DNA from: Mariniphaga sp.
GTDB lineage: Bacteria; Bacteroidota; Bacteroidia; Bacteroidales; Prolixibacteraceae
Assembly (NCBI GenBank): GCA_035645995.1
Contig: DASRQG010000684.1
Location: 1 to 57,774 of the forward strand
Length of the DNA stretch: 57,774 nt
Direction: 5' to 3'
This document shows, in pieces, positions 38,980 to 48,705 of the stretch. Within the stretch, counting starts at the first letter, position 1. Each line of letters begins with the position of its first letter. A program made the translations under genes and the position numbers. Below the pieces are notes generated by a model, which saw only the letters and a list, made by a program, of their open reading frames with translations, was not told the DNA's origin and did not search any database.

Positions 38980-41900
38980 AAGTTATCCTCCAATTTTTTA
39001 AAATTACCAGTATTAGAAGGATCTGGAATATACCAGGCAGCATAACCGTGTTCATCTCTCCCCAGTCTTGCTTCAGGAACAGGAGGGGTGTCATTTTTGA
39101 AAATATCAGCTTTTGGTAAAGAGGCTGCGACAGGAGCAGATTTATCGGAGTCCTCAATTATTCTGATATTCTCTTTACTGTTTTCTTCTTTTGCTTCCAG
39201 CAGATGCAATAGTCTATCAATTATATCCATTTGCCTGATCAGTAAAGATTCGGACGAATTGCTTTGAAAACTTTTGGGATCTGATATCTTTGACTGGTTT
39301 CCATGATCTTTATTGTTTGAAGCGGTACTGGAAATACAGGGTTGTTCTGTTTCGTGAAACATATTGGAAATGGTTTCTTTAGCTTCAGACATTATATATT
39401 CCGTTAGTGAATTTAATGTAGGAATGTTATCCATAAGATTACTGAATGAGATTTTAACATTATAATCCTGAGAGACCGCTCTTGCAATTTGAGTCAGAAC
39501 AAGAGAATCCAGACCAAGTGATAAAAAGGTTTCATTACCTGATGCTTCCGAAAGTGAAGATCCTGAAATCTCTGATATTCTGTTCTTTAGATTTTCCGAA
39601 AGTTGAATTGATGTAGATTTCTTGTTTACATTTTGATTTTGGTTCATTCCGGATTCCTTTTCATCGAATACAGATTCATACTTTGAAATTGAATTTACAT
39701 TGGCAGGCTCAACCCAGTAACTTGTTTTTTCGAATGAGTAGCTTGGTAAAGGAATTCTTTTCCTGTTCTCATGTTTATAAAATGAATTCCAATCTATTGA
39801 AATTCCAGCGAGCCATAACTTGCCAATAGCTTTAAGTATCGAAGTCCATTCAGTATTTTCATCAGATTTGTCACTCAAGGATGGTATAGCAAACTGTTTA
39901 CCAGGTAAAGTTATGTGCTGAGATGCCAGAGTAGCTGATGTTGCTCTGGGACCGGATTCGAGTAGAACACGGGAAGTGTCTTTCCATGCAGTTTCAATTG
40001 CATCAGAGAACATGACTGTTCTTCTCATATGTTGCACCCAGTAATCAGGTGACAGGGCATTTTCATCGCTCATCCAATTGCCTGTTACAGATGATATTAT
40101 GGGTATTTTGGGTTTATTGAGATTGACAGTACGAACTATATTATCAAAAGGATCAATAGCCGGATCCATCATATATGAATGAAAAGCATGAGAGCTATGA
40201 AGATATCTGCATATTATTCTGTTATCTGTAAGCAATTTTTCAAAGTCAGAAACAATTTCGTCAGGTCCTGAAACAACACACAAATTGGGGCCATTAATTG
40301 CAGCTATCGAGAGATTGTCGGGAAGTAACTTTTTAAGTTCATCAGAACTTGTCAATACAGAGAGCATTGAGCCTGGCATGATACTTTGCATCAGTTTTCC
40401 CCTGGTTGCAACAAGCATTAGAGCTTCTTCAAGAGAAAAAATATCAGAAAGACATGCACATACGAATTCACCTATACTATGGCCAATCATGGCACCGGGT
40501 TTAACACCCCAGCTTATCCATAAATTAGCAAGTGCATATTCAATTGTAAATATGGCAGGTTGTGTAAAAAAAGTTTTTTTAAGAGAATCAGTTGCTGTAT
40601 TTTCGCTGATGTTTTTTGGGTAAAGAATATCCCTTATATCACGATTTAAATAGGGTTCAAGTATTTTTGCACATTTATCAACCAAATCCCTGAATAGTGG
40701 TTCGCTTTTGTATAAGTTGATACCCATATTAAGATACTGACTTCCCTGGCCGGGAAAGAGAAATACAACTTCTGGGGCACTGGTATTACATATTCCATGG
40801 CCATGTTTTTCGGGATCTGGTTTATCAAGGTTATCAGTTAAATTCGCAATATCAGTGCAGATGTAAAAAGCACGTTGGGGAAAATTGTTTCTGCCAATTT
40901 TCAGGGTATAAGCAGCATCAGGAAGAATGGTATTCCTGTTTTTTTTCAGAAAAGCGGACATGTCTTGAATGTATCTTGAAAGAGATGATTGGGATTTTGC
41001 TGAAAATAGAAATAATTGTAATGGACGGGAACTGCCCGAAACCGATTGCTTTGGAGCTTCCTGTAAAATAACATGTGCATTGGTGCCACAAAAACCGAAA
41101 GAGCTGATTGCGGCTCGCCTGGGATTGCTGTTATCAGATGGCCAGGTTTTCAGGGTTGTATTGACAAAAAAAGGACTGTTTTCAAAGTCAATATGAGTAT
41201 TGGGTTGAGAGAAATTGATACTGGGTGGTATTTTTTCATTTTTCATGATCAGGGCTGTCTTAATAAGGCTTATTATACCCGCAGCAGTGGTTGCATGCCC
41301 CCAGTTACCCTTGACCGATCCGATCGAACAGAACTGTTTTTTTTGTGTAAAATGGCGGTATGCATTTGTGAGTCCTTCAATTTCTATTGGGTCACCAATA
41401 GGTGTTGCTGTTCCATGTGTTTCAATGTATCCTATTGTTTCCGGGTGAATTTTGGCAACAGATAACGCTTTCAGAATTACTTCAGTTTGTCCGGTAGATG
41501 ATGGGGCCAGGTAACTTACTTTTCTGGATCCATCATGGTTTACAGCAGAACCAATAATTGTTGCATATATTGTATCATTGTCAGCGATTGCATCCTTAAG
41601 TCGCTTTAAAACAACCGCTCCCGCTCCTTCACCAAACATCGTTCCTGATGCATTTACATCAAAAGGTCTGCAATGTCCATCACGTGTAAAAATACCTCCA
41701 TCCTGATAAAGACGACCGCTTTTTTGAGGAACGTGAATATCGATTCCGCCCACAAGTGCCATATCACATTGATTGGAGCGAAGTGCGTGAAAAGCATGGT
41801 CGACCACAACAAGTGTTGTAGAACAGGCTGTATGAATACTTAGGCTTGGCCCGTGTAAATTCATGGAATAGGAGACCCGGGGAGCAATGTGATCTTTTTC

Positions 41901-44900
41901 CGTTCCTGTCTCCAGGATGATATCACCAACAAGACTGATCAAATCCGGGTGTGAAATAACATTATTTATAAAATAGGTGTTATTTCCCATTCCTGCGTAA
42001 ACACCGATTAACCCATTATATTTTTCCGGGCTATAACCAGCATTTTCGAGGGCTGCCCAGGCTATTTGAAGAAATATTCTTTGTTGTGGATCCATTACCT
42101 GTGCTTCTTTTGGTCTTATGCCAAAGAAAGCAGCATCAAATTTGTCAATGTCATCAAGAATGCCGCGGGCTCCGATATAGGAAGAATCGTTTCTAAGTTC
42201 CTCTGGAATTGATGCATGAAGTTCGTCTGGTGAAAAGAATGAAACAGTTTCTCGTCCATCGCATAGGTTTCTCCATAATTCTTCGATATCCTCTGCTCCA
42301 GGAAAACGTCCTGCCATACCAACAATCGCCACTGTATCATCATTAGAATCCCCGGTAGATGATCTTATAATTGCCGGAGATGGAGAAATATCCATATTGG
42401 TAAAATATCGGGCAAGGGAATCAACGGTAGGGTGACTGAATATTTTAAGTACAGAGAAATCTTTACGATTGAATAAACGTTGTAATTGGGCTGCTGCAAC
42501 AGATGCCGTTATGGACGTAGCACCAATGTCAAAAAAATTGTCATAAATTCCAACTTCTTCAATTGATAGTAATTCTTTCCATAGAGAAGCAATTTTTTCT
42601 TCTGCTTCAGTTCTCGGGAATATTTTGTCACACTGGTCACAACTTTCTTTTTGATTAATGATTGGCAGCGATTTTCTATCTATTTTACCATTGGGTGTCA
42701 ATGGAAACTCTTTTAAAAAGGAGAATGCAGAGGGTATCATGTATGATGGTAGTTTTTTGCTGCAAAATTCACGTAGATTATGTATTTCCGGGGACTGCGC
42801 CGAGCATGTCATATAGGCAGCAAGGACAGAATCACCGGATTTTGTAACATTTAGATTAACAATAGCATTGTTTATATCAGGATATGATTTTAAAACAGCT
42901 TCGATTTCCCCTGGTTCTATTCTATATCCATGCAACTTTAATTGTGAATCGATTCGACCTATAATTTCCAGCTCTCCGTTACACAAAAAACGGGCAAGGT
43001 CACCGGTAGCATACAATCTGGCATCTACCTGTCGAGAAAAGGGATCGGTTATAAATTTCTCAGAAGTAAGATCCTGTTTGTTAATGTATCCACAGGCAAC
43101 GCCGGCACCGCCAATATACAAATTTCCGGGTATGCCCCATGGAAGAGGCTGCATTGTATCGTCAAGAATATATAGAGTCGTGTTTGATATAGCTTTACCA
43201 GCAGAAATACTGGTATCATTGGGATATAGACGGTTACAGGTTGACCAGATTGTGGTCTCGGTAGGTCCGTACATATTCCATAATTCATCGGCCTGCTGAA
43301 GGATCTCTTTTGCCAGATCACCTGGTAATTGCTCTCCACCACAAAGTATCCGGATCCGGTGATCTTTGTGCTTTTTCCAACCTGCTTCGATAACCATTCT
43401 CCATGTAGCAGGTGTAGCCTGAATAATATCAGGTTTAAAGAGGTCGATTGCACTAATGAGTGAGGACGCGTCGCTTGCAATTTCGCGGTTTAGAATAACA
43501 CATGTCCCGCCAGTGCAAATCGGGCCCAGGAGTTCCAGAAGGGATATATCAAAAGAAAAGGTTGTTATGGCTAAAAAAACATCACCTTTGAACAGTCCCG
43601 GTTCTTTGCTCATTGAATTGATGAAATTATAAAGAGAACCATGATAGATCTCAACACCTTTAGGCAAGCCTGTCGACCCTGATGTGTAAATTATATAGGC
43701 GATGTCTGAGGGTGAAATGTTGATTTCAGGAATTTCTGTTGAAACTTCATTAAGATCGGATGATTTGTTATCAAGGCAAATGATGTTATCAGCGTTAATA
43801 TTTAAATTGCTTTTTAATTCTGAAATAGTAAGTAGTAGTTCGATATTGGAATCTTTTATCATATAATCAATGCGATCGGGTGGAAATGACGGGTCGAGGG
43901 GGACATATATTCCTCCGGACTTCAAAATACCCAATAAGCCAGTTAAGAGAAAATGGGAACGGTCAATAAAAAGCCCTATACGGGTACCTTTACTCACACC
44001 ACATTTTTTTATAAGAAAATTGGCAAGCTTATTTGATTGTCTGGATAATTCACTATAGCTCAGAGTTACATCACCGGCCAAAAGAGCTGTTTCAGAAGGG
44101 GCAACCTTTACATGCTCTTCAAACATATTATTGACGATACAAGAACTGTCCATTTGATGAATCGAAACAGTTTCCGATTCATGGAATAATTGTTCATATT
44201 CTGAAGGTTTAAGAATAGATAATTTTTCGATAAGAACAGCGGGATTTGAGATTATCTGCTGGATAAGATAATCAAAACGAGAAAGCATTGAAAGTATCGA
44301 TTTAGGATGAAACAGACAACCGGAGTATCGAAAATAAATTTTGAAGGAATCCTGCAGATCGTGAACTGCACAGGCCAAATCAAATTGACCTTCTTCCTGG
44401 GAAACAGGAATAATTTTCCATGGATTTTCCACCTTTTCATCATACCAGTTGAAATATGTCTGGAAAACAGGATGTCTGCTGATATCTCTATGTGGAAAAA
44501 GCTTGTCTACAAGTAAACTGAAAGGATAGGCGGCATGATCAGCTAATTCTTTTTTCCGGCTATTTAAATACGAAACATAATTCATAAAATCAGAATTCTT
44601 GTTTAAACAGACGCGAAAAGGGATGTCATTGCTAAACAAACCTGCAGACTGATTCAGTTGTGGATTTTTTCTTAAGTTGAAACTGGTCCCAATAACAAGA
44701 TCTTTCTGATTTGAATACCGTGATAAAAGAATGGTAAAAATGGCAAAAAGCAGATCTGAAGGTTCACAATGGCACTGTTTTGCAATATCGAAAATTTTCT
44801 GACGAAAAATGCTGTTAAGTTCAAGAGATTGTGATTGCCCATTGAGATTCCGGATTTTGGGACGGGAATAATCAATGGGCAATTCAAGTATTGGTACATT

Positions 44901-45518
44901 TTCAAGCTTCGACTGCCAATAGTCCAGATCATTTTTTGCCTTTTGTGTATTTAGATAATTCTGTTCATCTTCAATGAAATCAATCAAGCTGGATGAAGAA
45001 GATGAATTGAGTACGGAACTGGATATATATAATCGTAAATCTTCAGTAATGGTTCTTAATGAATAATAATCTACAATAATATTGTGTGCACAAATAAGAA
45101 TAAAAGTACTGTTTTCATTAAGAATGCAAGCATGGAAACGAATTAGAGGACCTTTTTGAAGGTCAAAGGGTTTATTTGAAGTTTCCTGCATCTTTTCGGT
45201 TGCATCATCAATATTATGGGCATTTTCAAGCCAGACAAGTTGTGTAAGGGGATTACTGTGTATGAGCTGAAAATACTCTTTTCCATTAAAATGAAATGTT
45301 GCCCTTAGTTGGGGATGACGATTTTGAATGGCAAGTATTGCATTGTCCAATAATGGCTTGTCAAAACTTTCCGGTATATGGACAACTCTTCCAATAGAAA
45401 AGGAGCAATTTTCAGGACTGAATTGATGTATATGCCAAAGTGCTTTCTGACCCGACAATATTGGTAATCGAAAATCCTGATTTTCATTTAATTTATTCAA
45501 GGTGTTTGATGTGGCCAT
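38976..45518 (-). CDS. Hybrid NRPS/PKS: C*(degenerate)-A(Gly)-PCP-KS-AT-ACP + C-terminal tail
   Basis: C motif HNIIVDY. A YTSGSTGLPKG with code DILQLGMIWK. PCP IGATS. KS HTACSTT/ETHGTAT/GNWGH. AT GHSIG + HAFH. ACP LGLDSL. Confidence 0.92.
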   Translation of the reverse strand: MATSNTLNKLNENQDFRLPILSGQKALWHIHQFSPENCSFSIGRVVHIPESFDKPLLDNAILAIQNRHPQLRATFHFNGKEYFQLIHSNPLTQLVWLENAHNIDDATEKMQETSNKPFDLQKGPLIRFHACILNENSTFILICAHNIIVDYYSLRTITEDLRLYISSSVLNSSSSSSLIDFIEDEQNYLNTQKAKNDLDYWQSKLENVPILELPIDYSRPKIRNLNGQSQSLELNSIFRQKIFDIAKQCHCEPSDLLFAIFTILLSRYSNQKDLVIGTSFNLRKNPQLNQSAGLFSNDIPFRVCLNKNSDFMNYVSYLNSRKKELADHAAYPFSLLVDKLFPHRDISRHPVFQTYFNWYDEKVENPWKIIPVSQEEGQFDLACAVHDLQDSFKIYFRYSGCLFHPKSILSMLSRFDYLIQQIISNPAVLIEKLSILKPSEYEQLFHESETVSIHQMDSSCIVNNMFEEHVKVAPSETALLAGDVTLSYSELSRQSNKLANFLIKKCGVSKGTRIGLFIDRSHFLLTGLLGILKSGGIYVPLDPSFPPDRIDYMIKDSNIELLLTISELKSNLNINADNIICLDNKSSDLNEVSTEIPEINISPSDIAYIIYTSGSTGLPKGVEIYHGSLYNFINSMSKEPGLFKGDVFLAITTFSFDISLLELLGPICTGGTCVILNREIASDASSLISAIDLFKPDIIQATPATWRMVIEAGWKKHKDHRIRILCGGEQLPGDLAKEILQQADELWNMYGPTETTIWSTCNRLYPNDTSISAGKAISNTTLYILDDTMQPLPWGIPGNLYIGGAGVACGYINKQDLTSEKFITDPFSRQVDARLYATGDLARFLCNGELEIIGRIDSQLKLHGYRIEPGEIEAVLKSYPDINNAIVNLNVTKSGDSVLAAYMTCSAQSPEIHNLREFCSKKLPSYMIPSAFSFLKEFPLTPNGKIDRKSLPIINQKESCDQCDKIFPRTEAEEKIASLWKELLSIEEVGIYDNFFDIGATSITASVAAAQLQRLFNRKDFSVLKIFSHPTVDSLARYFTNMDISPSPAIIRSSTGDSNDDTVAIVGMAGRFPGAEDIEELWRNLCDGRETVSFFSPDELHASIPEELRNDSSYIGARGILDDIDKFDAAFFGIRPKEAQVMDPQQRIFLQIAWAALENAGYSPEKYNGLIGVYAGMGNNTYFINNVISHPDLISLVGDIILETGTEKDHIAPRVSYSMNLHGPSLSIHTACSTTLVVVDHAFHALRSNQCDMALVGGIDIHVPQKSGRLYQDGGIFTRDGHCRPFDVNASGTMFGEGAGAVVLKRLKDAIADNDTIYATIIGSAVNHDGSRKVSYLAPSSTGQTEVILKALSVAKIHPETIGYIETHGTATPIGDPIEIEGLTNAYRHFTQKKQFCSIGSVKGNWGHATTAAGIISLIKTALIMKNEKIPPSINFSQPNTHIDFENSPFFVNTTLKTWPSDNSNPRRAAISSFGFCGTNAHVILQEAPKQSVSGSSRPLQLFLFSAKSQSSLSRYIQDMSAFLKKNRNTILPDAAYTLKIGRNNFPQRAFYICTDIANLTDNLDKPDPEKHGHGICNTSAPEVVFLFPGQGSQYLNMGINLYKSEPLFRDLVDKCAKILEPYLNRDIRDILYPKNISENTATDSLKKTFFTQPAIFTIEYALANLWISWGVKPGAMIGHSIGEFVCACLSDIFSLEEALMLVATRGKLMQSIMPGSMLSVLTSSDELKKLLPDNLSIAAINGPNLCVVSGPDEIVSDFEKLLTDNRIICRYLHSSHAFHSYMMDPAIDPFDNIVRTVNLNKPKIPIISSVTGNWMSDENALSPDYWVQHMRRTVMFSDAIETAWKDTSRVLLESGPRATSATLASQHITLPGKQFAIPSLSDKSDENTEWTSILKAIGKLWLAGISIDWNSFYKHENRKRIPLPSYSFEKTSYWVEPANVNSISKYESVFDEKESGMNQNQNVNKKSTSIQLSENLKNRISEISGSSLSEASGNETFLSLGLDSLVLTQIARAVSQDYNVKISFSNLMDNIPTLNSLTEYIMSEAKETISNMFHETEQPCISSTASNNKDHGNQSKISDPKSFQSNSSESLLIRQMDIIDRLLHLLEAKEENSKENIRIIEDSDKSAPVAASLPKADIFKNDTPPVPEARLGRDEHGYAAWYIPDPSNTGNFKKLEDNL

Positions 45519-45913
45519 GATAAATCCTTTCTAATGAAAGGTTTGTTTCAGTTTAAAGAAATATCAAAAAGGATTTAAGTTGCCTGATCTCAAAAAACAG
45601 TCTGAAAAGTGTAAGCAAATCCATTCTGATACCTTAAAAATGGAAAATTGTAAATAAACACTTGACTAAAAGTAGCAAATCGGAATTGATTAAAACAGTA
45701 CAGGTCTATATAATTAGCAGAAATTGGACCAATGTAAAAACAGGAAGAAGAATAGTACGTCCCGATTTTGTTCCGTTCTCTTAAATTATTCAGTATGGTT
45801 GGTGTACGCGCAAATATGCCTGGACAGTACTGTCTTATGATTAATTTATTATTATTATTGCGAACAAAAACTATAATAGATAATGTTAACGGGTGATATT
45901 TAACTTGAGTATA

Positions 45914-46115
45914 GGCGATTAGTTTACGAAGAGTTGCGTTGAGGGGTACTATCGCAGAAACGGTTATATGGCTGTGATGGCCATATCTACAAGACCATTT
46001 CAGTATCAGTATTGGTAACATTACTCTCATAATATTCGGTCGAGCAGTTTTTTCTGGTCTTTTATCCAAACTTTTATGCCTTTGTCCACGAAAAAGACTG
46101 TGTAAAGGAATCGTA
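45914..46115 (+). repeat. Dispersed intergenic element, copy B (longest)
   Basis: CGAAGAGTTGCG..GAGGGGTACTATCGCAGAAACGGTTATATGGCTGTGATGGCCATATCTAC matches copy A. CTTTTATGCC...AAAAAGACTGTGTAAAGGAATCGTA matches copy C. Confidence 0.85.
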
Positions 46116-46224
46116 CTTTCATGTTTCAAGATGAATAAGGTAATCAAAAAGGTACAGGTTTTGCAGAATTTTTACTATTGTTAATGGTGGAAGAAACAGC
46201 TAATCATGTTTAAAAGAGATCCGG

Positions 46225-46863
46225 ATGTTTAATTGTAAAGAAATAATGAAACCACTGATAATGTTTTCAGTGATAATTTCAGTGATAATATGTTTATTGT
46301 TTGAAAGTAAAATTCATTTTGAATTTCCGGAAAAAATCAGGTCTGTTCTTAAAGCAAATTTGACAAGTTCTGTTGAATTGCCGAATTATGAGGCAGATAT
46401 ACTCTATATACTGGGTGGTTCTGTTAAAAGCATGTCTTATCATATTAAAACAGCATCAGTTTTATATAAAACGGGAAATACGAAAAAAATCGTATATTTT
46501 AATACAAAAAATAATAAAAGAAATAAAAAAACAGAGAAAATGCTCCAAAACGCGGGTGTTTTAAAGTCGGACATTGAACCATTAACAGTTAAAAACGGTG
46601 TTTTTGGAACAATGTCAGAAGCTCGTGCTATAGCAGATTATATGAGGAGGAATTCATACAAATCGGTAATACTGGTTTCATCTCCATGCCATACCCGAAG
46701 AGTTAAATTCAGTTTTAACAAATTCTTAAAACCGGTAGGGATAAACATATATATAACAGGTTCAGAAGATAAATTTGCAGCCAGGGAAATGATACTTGAA
46801 CTAATAAAGCTGAAAATTTATCAGTTGATATTAAATACCTTCGAGAGTAATTTATTTTGGTAA
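46225..46863 (+). CDS. YdcF/DUF218 (ElyC/SanA-like) family protein
   Basis: N-terminal TM, ADILYILGG, GTMSEA, ILVSSPCHTRR, E..KL..Y. Confidence 0.8.
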   Translation: MFNCKEIMKPLIMFSVIISVIICLLFESKIHFEFPEKIRSVLKANLTSSVELPNYEADILYILGGSVKSMSYHIKTASVLYKTGNTKKIVYFNTKNNKRNKKTEKMLQNAGVLKSDIEPLTVKNGVFGTMSEARAIADYMRRNSYKSVILVSSPCHTRRVKFSFNKFLKPVGINIYITGSEDKFAAREMILELIKLKIYQLILNTFESNLFW

Positions 46864-47029
46864 ATAGAACATTTCTCTCCATGAGGATTTCTTGGTTATT
46901 GGTCTTCATTTCTGTATTGCCAGATAACCATGTTTCAAAAGCTTGTTCGCTCAAGCAATGTTGAAATGGCGTCCAGTCCGCAAGATGATTACCTGGGAAT
47001 AAGACATATCGATCGTATTGATTCAGGTT

Positions 47030-48238
47030 TTATTTATCTGGCAATAAGGAAGATTTGATCAGATTGGAAATCTTTATAATATCTTTCTTCATGACATAGG
47101 GATGACATGGGAGGGTAAGAAGGTTATGACAAACATGCCTGGCATTAATACAGTCGGTTTTATTGTAAACTGGTAAATTTGGAATCAATTCTACAGTGGA
47201 TGGATATGTTTTACTGATACCCAAACCTTCTGAATTACTTTTTTCAATAATAAAATCCACAGTCTCAGGATTTTTGAAAAGAATTGGAAAACGGATGCAG
47301 GGGGTACTTGAATCTTTTACAAGAAGCGTAATTTCAGGAACATTACTGAGTAACTTTGTATATAGAATTATCCTGCTAATTCGTTCTGTATTAAGATAAT
47401 GTAAATATTTATCCCAGTTAGTTATGCACCCGGCCCGGAAACAGTCAAACTTTTTGATCTGAAAAGCTGTGTCAAACTTAGTTTCTCCCAGTCTCAAAAA
47501 TGGAAACATCCTGGGGATCCAGAAAAAATGTGGATGGATTAACAGGTTAATTGCAAGGCATTGAAGAATATGTGCAATAATCTCTTTTGGGCCGGGTGAT
47601 GGCAGAGACGCAACAAGGGAATTCAATTTTTCATAAAACAAGTAATTGTTTGTTAAAATAATACCTCCTGTTCCTGTAGAATATGATTTTCCTCTTCCTA
47701 AGCTGAATATTCGAATGTCGCCATGGTTTGTAATCAATTTGTCCAATGCTGATCCCATAGCTTGCGCAGCATCTTCAATGATGGTGATTTCTGGATCGTC
47801 AATCATATTGCGTACCGATTCGATAGAGGATGGAATTCCAAAAAAATGGGTTGGACAGATGGCAAGAATTGTTTTTGGATTATCAAGTGCATTTTTAAGT
47901 GATATCGTATCAAAATCCATAGTTTGGGGATTGATGTCACATGGTTGAACTGTAAAACCGGCTTTGGTAATTGCAGAAGGCACTGAATAACAATTAAAAG
48001 CAGGAATTATAACTCGATTTCTTCCTGGAAATAATTGTGACAATGCCTTGAGGGAAACCACAATAGCCGCTTTACCTGATGATACTAAAAAAATGTATTT
48101 TGTTCCAAAGATATTCGATAACGAATCAGCAACTTTATTATATGTTGATGCCTGTTTAAATATCCCCAAAATACCGTTTAGAATGGCTTGAAATGTTACC
48201 GGGGCTGCAGCAGGTGGTAATGTTTTACCTATTCTCAT
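47030..48238 (-). CDS. DegT/DnrJ/EryC1/StrS-family PLP-dependent aminotransferase-like protein
   Basis: SSGKAAI, IPAFNC.SVP, IIEDAAQAMG, FSLGRGKS..TG.GG (PLP Lys), LLTLPCHP. Confidence 0.8.
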   Translation of the reverse strand: MRIGKTLPPAAAPVTFQAILNGILGIFKQASTYNKVADSLSNIFGTKYIFLVSSGKAAIVVSLKALSQLFPGRNRVIIPAFNCYSVPSAITKAGFTVQPCDINPQTMDFDTISLKNALDNPKTILAICPTHFFGIPSSIESVRNMIDDPEITIIEDAAQAMGSALDKLITNHGDIRIFSLGRGKSYSTGTGGIILTNNYLFYEKLNSLVASLPSPGPKEIIAHILQCLAINLLIHPHFFWIPRMFPFLRLGETKFDTAFQIKKFDCFRAGCITNWDKYLHYLNTERISRIILYTKLLSNVPEITLLVKDSSTPCIRFPILFKNPETVDFIIEKSNSEGLGISKTYPSTVELIPNLPVYNKTDCINARHVCHNLLTLPCHPYVMKKDIIKISNLIKSSLLPDK

Positions 48239-48543
48239 AAATTATATTCCCATTTTTACTATATCAAGTTTATTTATTTCTGGATACATTGCTATAATTT
48301 GTCTGTATCCGTTGAATGAAGTCGGGAGTATATTGGTTTAGTATTTAACGGATGTAATACCACACTATAAATCAAGTGATTAATGGCTGATGATTCATTA
48401 TTAATAACACCTCAAAATTTATGCAGTTGAAAAACAGAGATTCATGTCATGTTTATACTTAAAAACCAGACAAAAAGGATACCAGTTATTGGAGTATGGA
48501 ATATGATAACATGATTTTTCAATTTCAATTACCTTTAATCTCA

Positions 48544-48705
48544 ATGGAGGCGAATATTTTACTATGAGCTGCGCGAGCGGCACGCAGAAAAGGCTTTATG
48601 ACTGTAAAGGTCATATTTACCTTGTTGATACGGCCAGGCAGGTATGAACCTTTTATGCCAATGCCCGCGAAAAAGAACTGGTGTAAAGGAATCGTATGAT
48701 TTGGG
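48544..48705 (+). repeat. Dispersed intergenic element, copy C
   Basis: 20-nt exact match ATGAGCTGCGCGAGCGGCAC (48564-48583) to the reverse complement of 56991-57010. The 3' part matches copies B and D. Confidence 0.88.

Noticed and set aside
31099-45518. Many 60-143 aa ORFs overlapping the NRPS/PKS and other long genes
   Set aside because: Shadow or alternative-frame ORFs inside well-supported CDSs, with no motifs.
29480-45518. Calling the cluster a known antibiotic or siderophore pathway, or a pseudogene
   Set aside because: No TE, tailoring, export or resistance genes matching a pathway I recognise. Frames are intact, and the KS, AT, A and carrier active sites are preserved.
45590-46147. 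185-aa minus-strand ORF upstream of the NRPS
   Set aside because: No recognisable motifs, atypical composition, and it runs antisense across repeat copy B. Probably a chance ORF, although it cannot be fully excluded.
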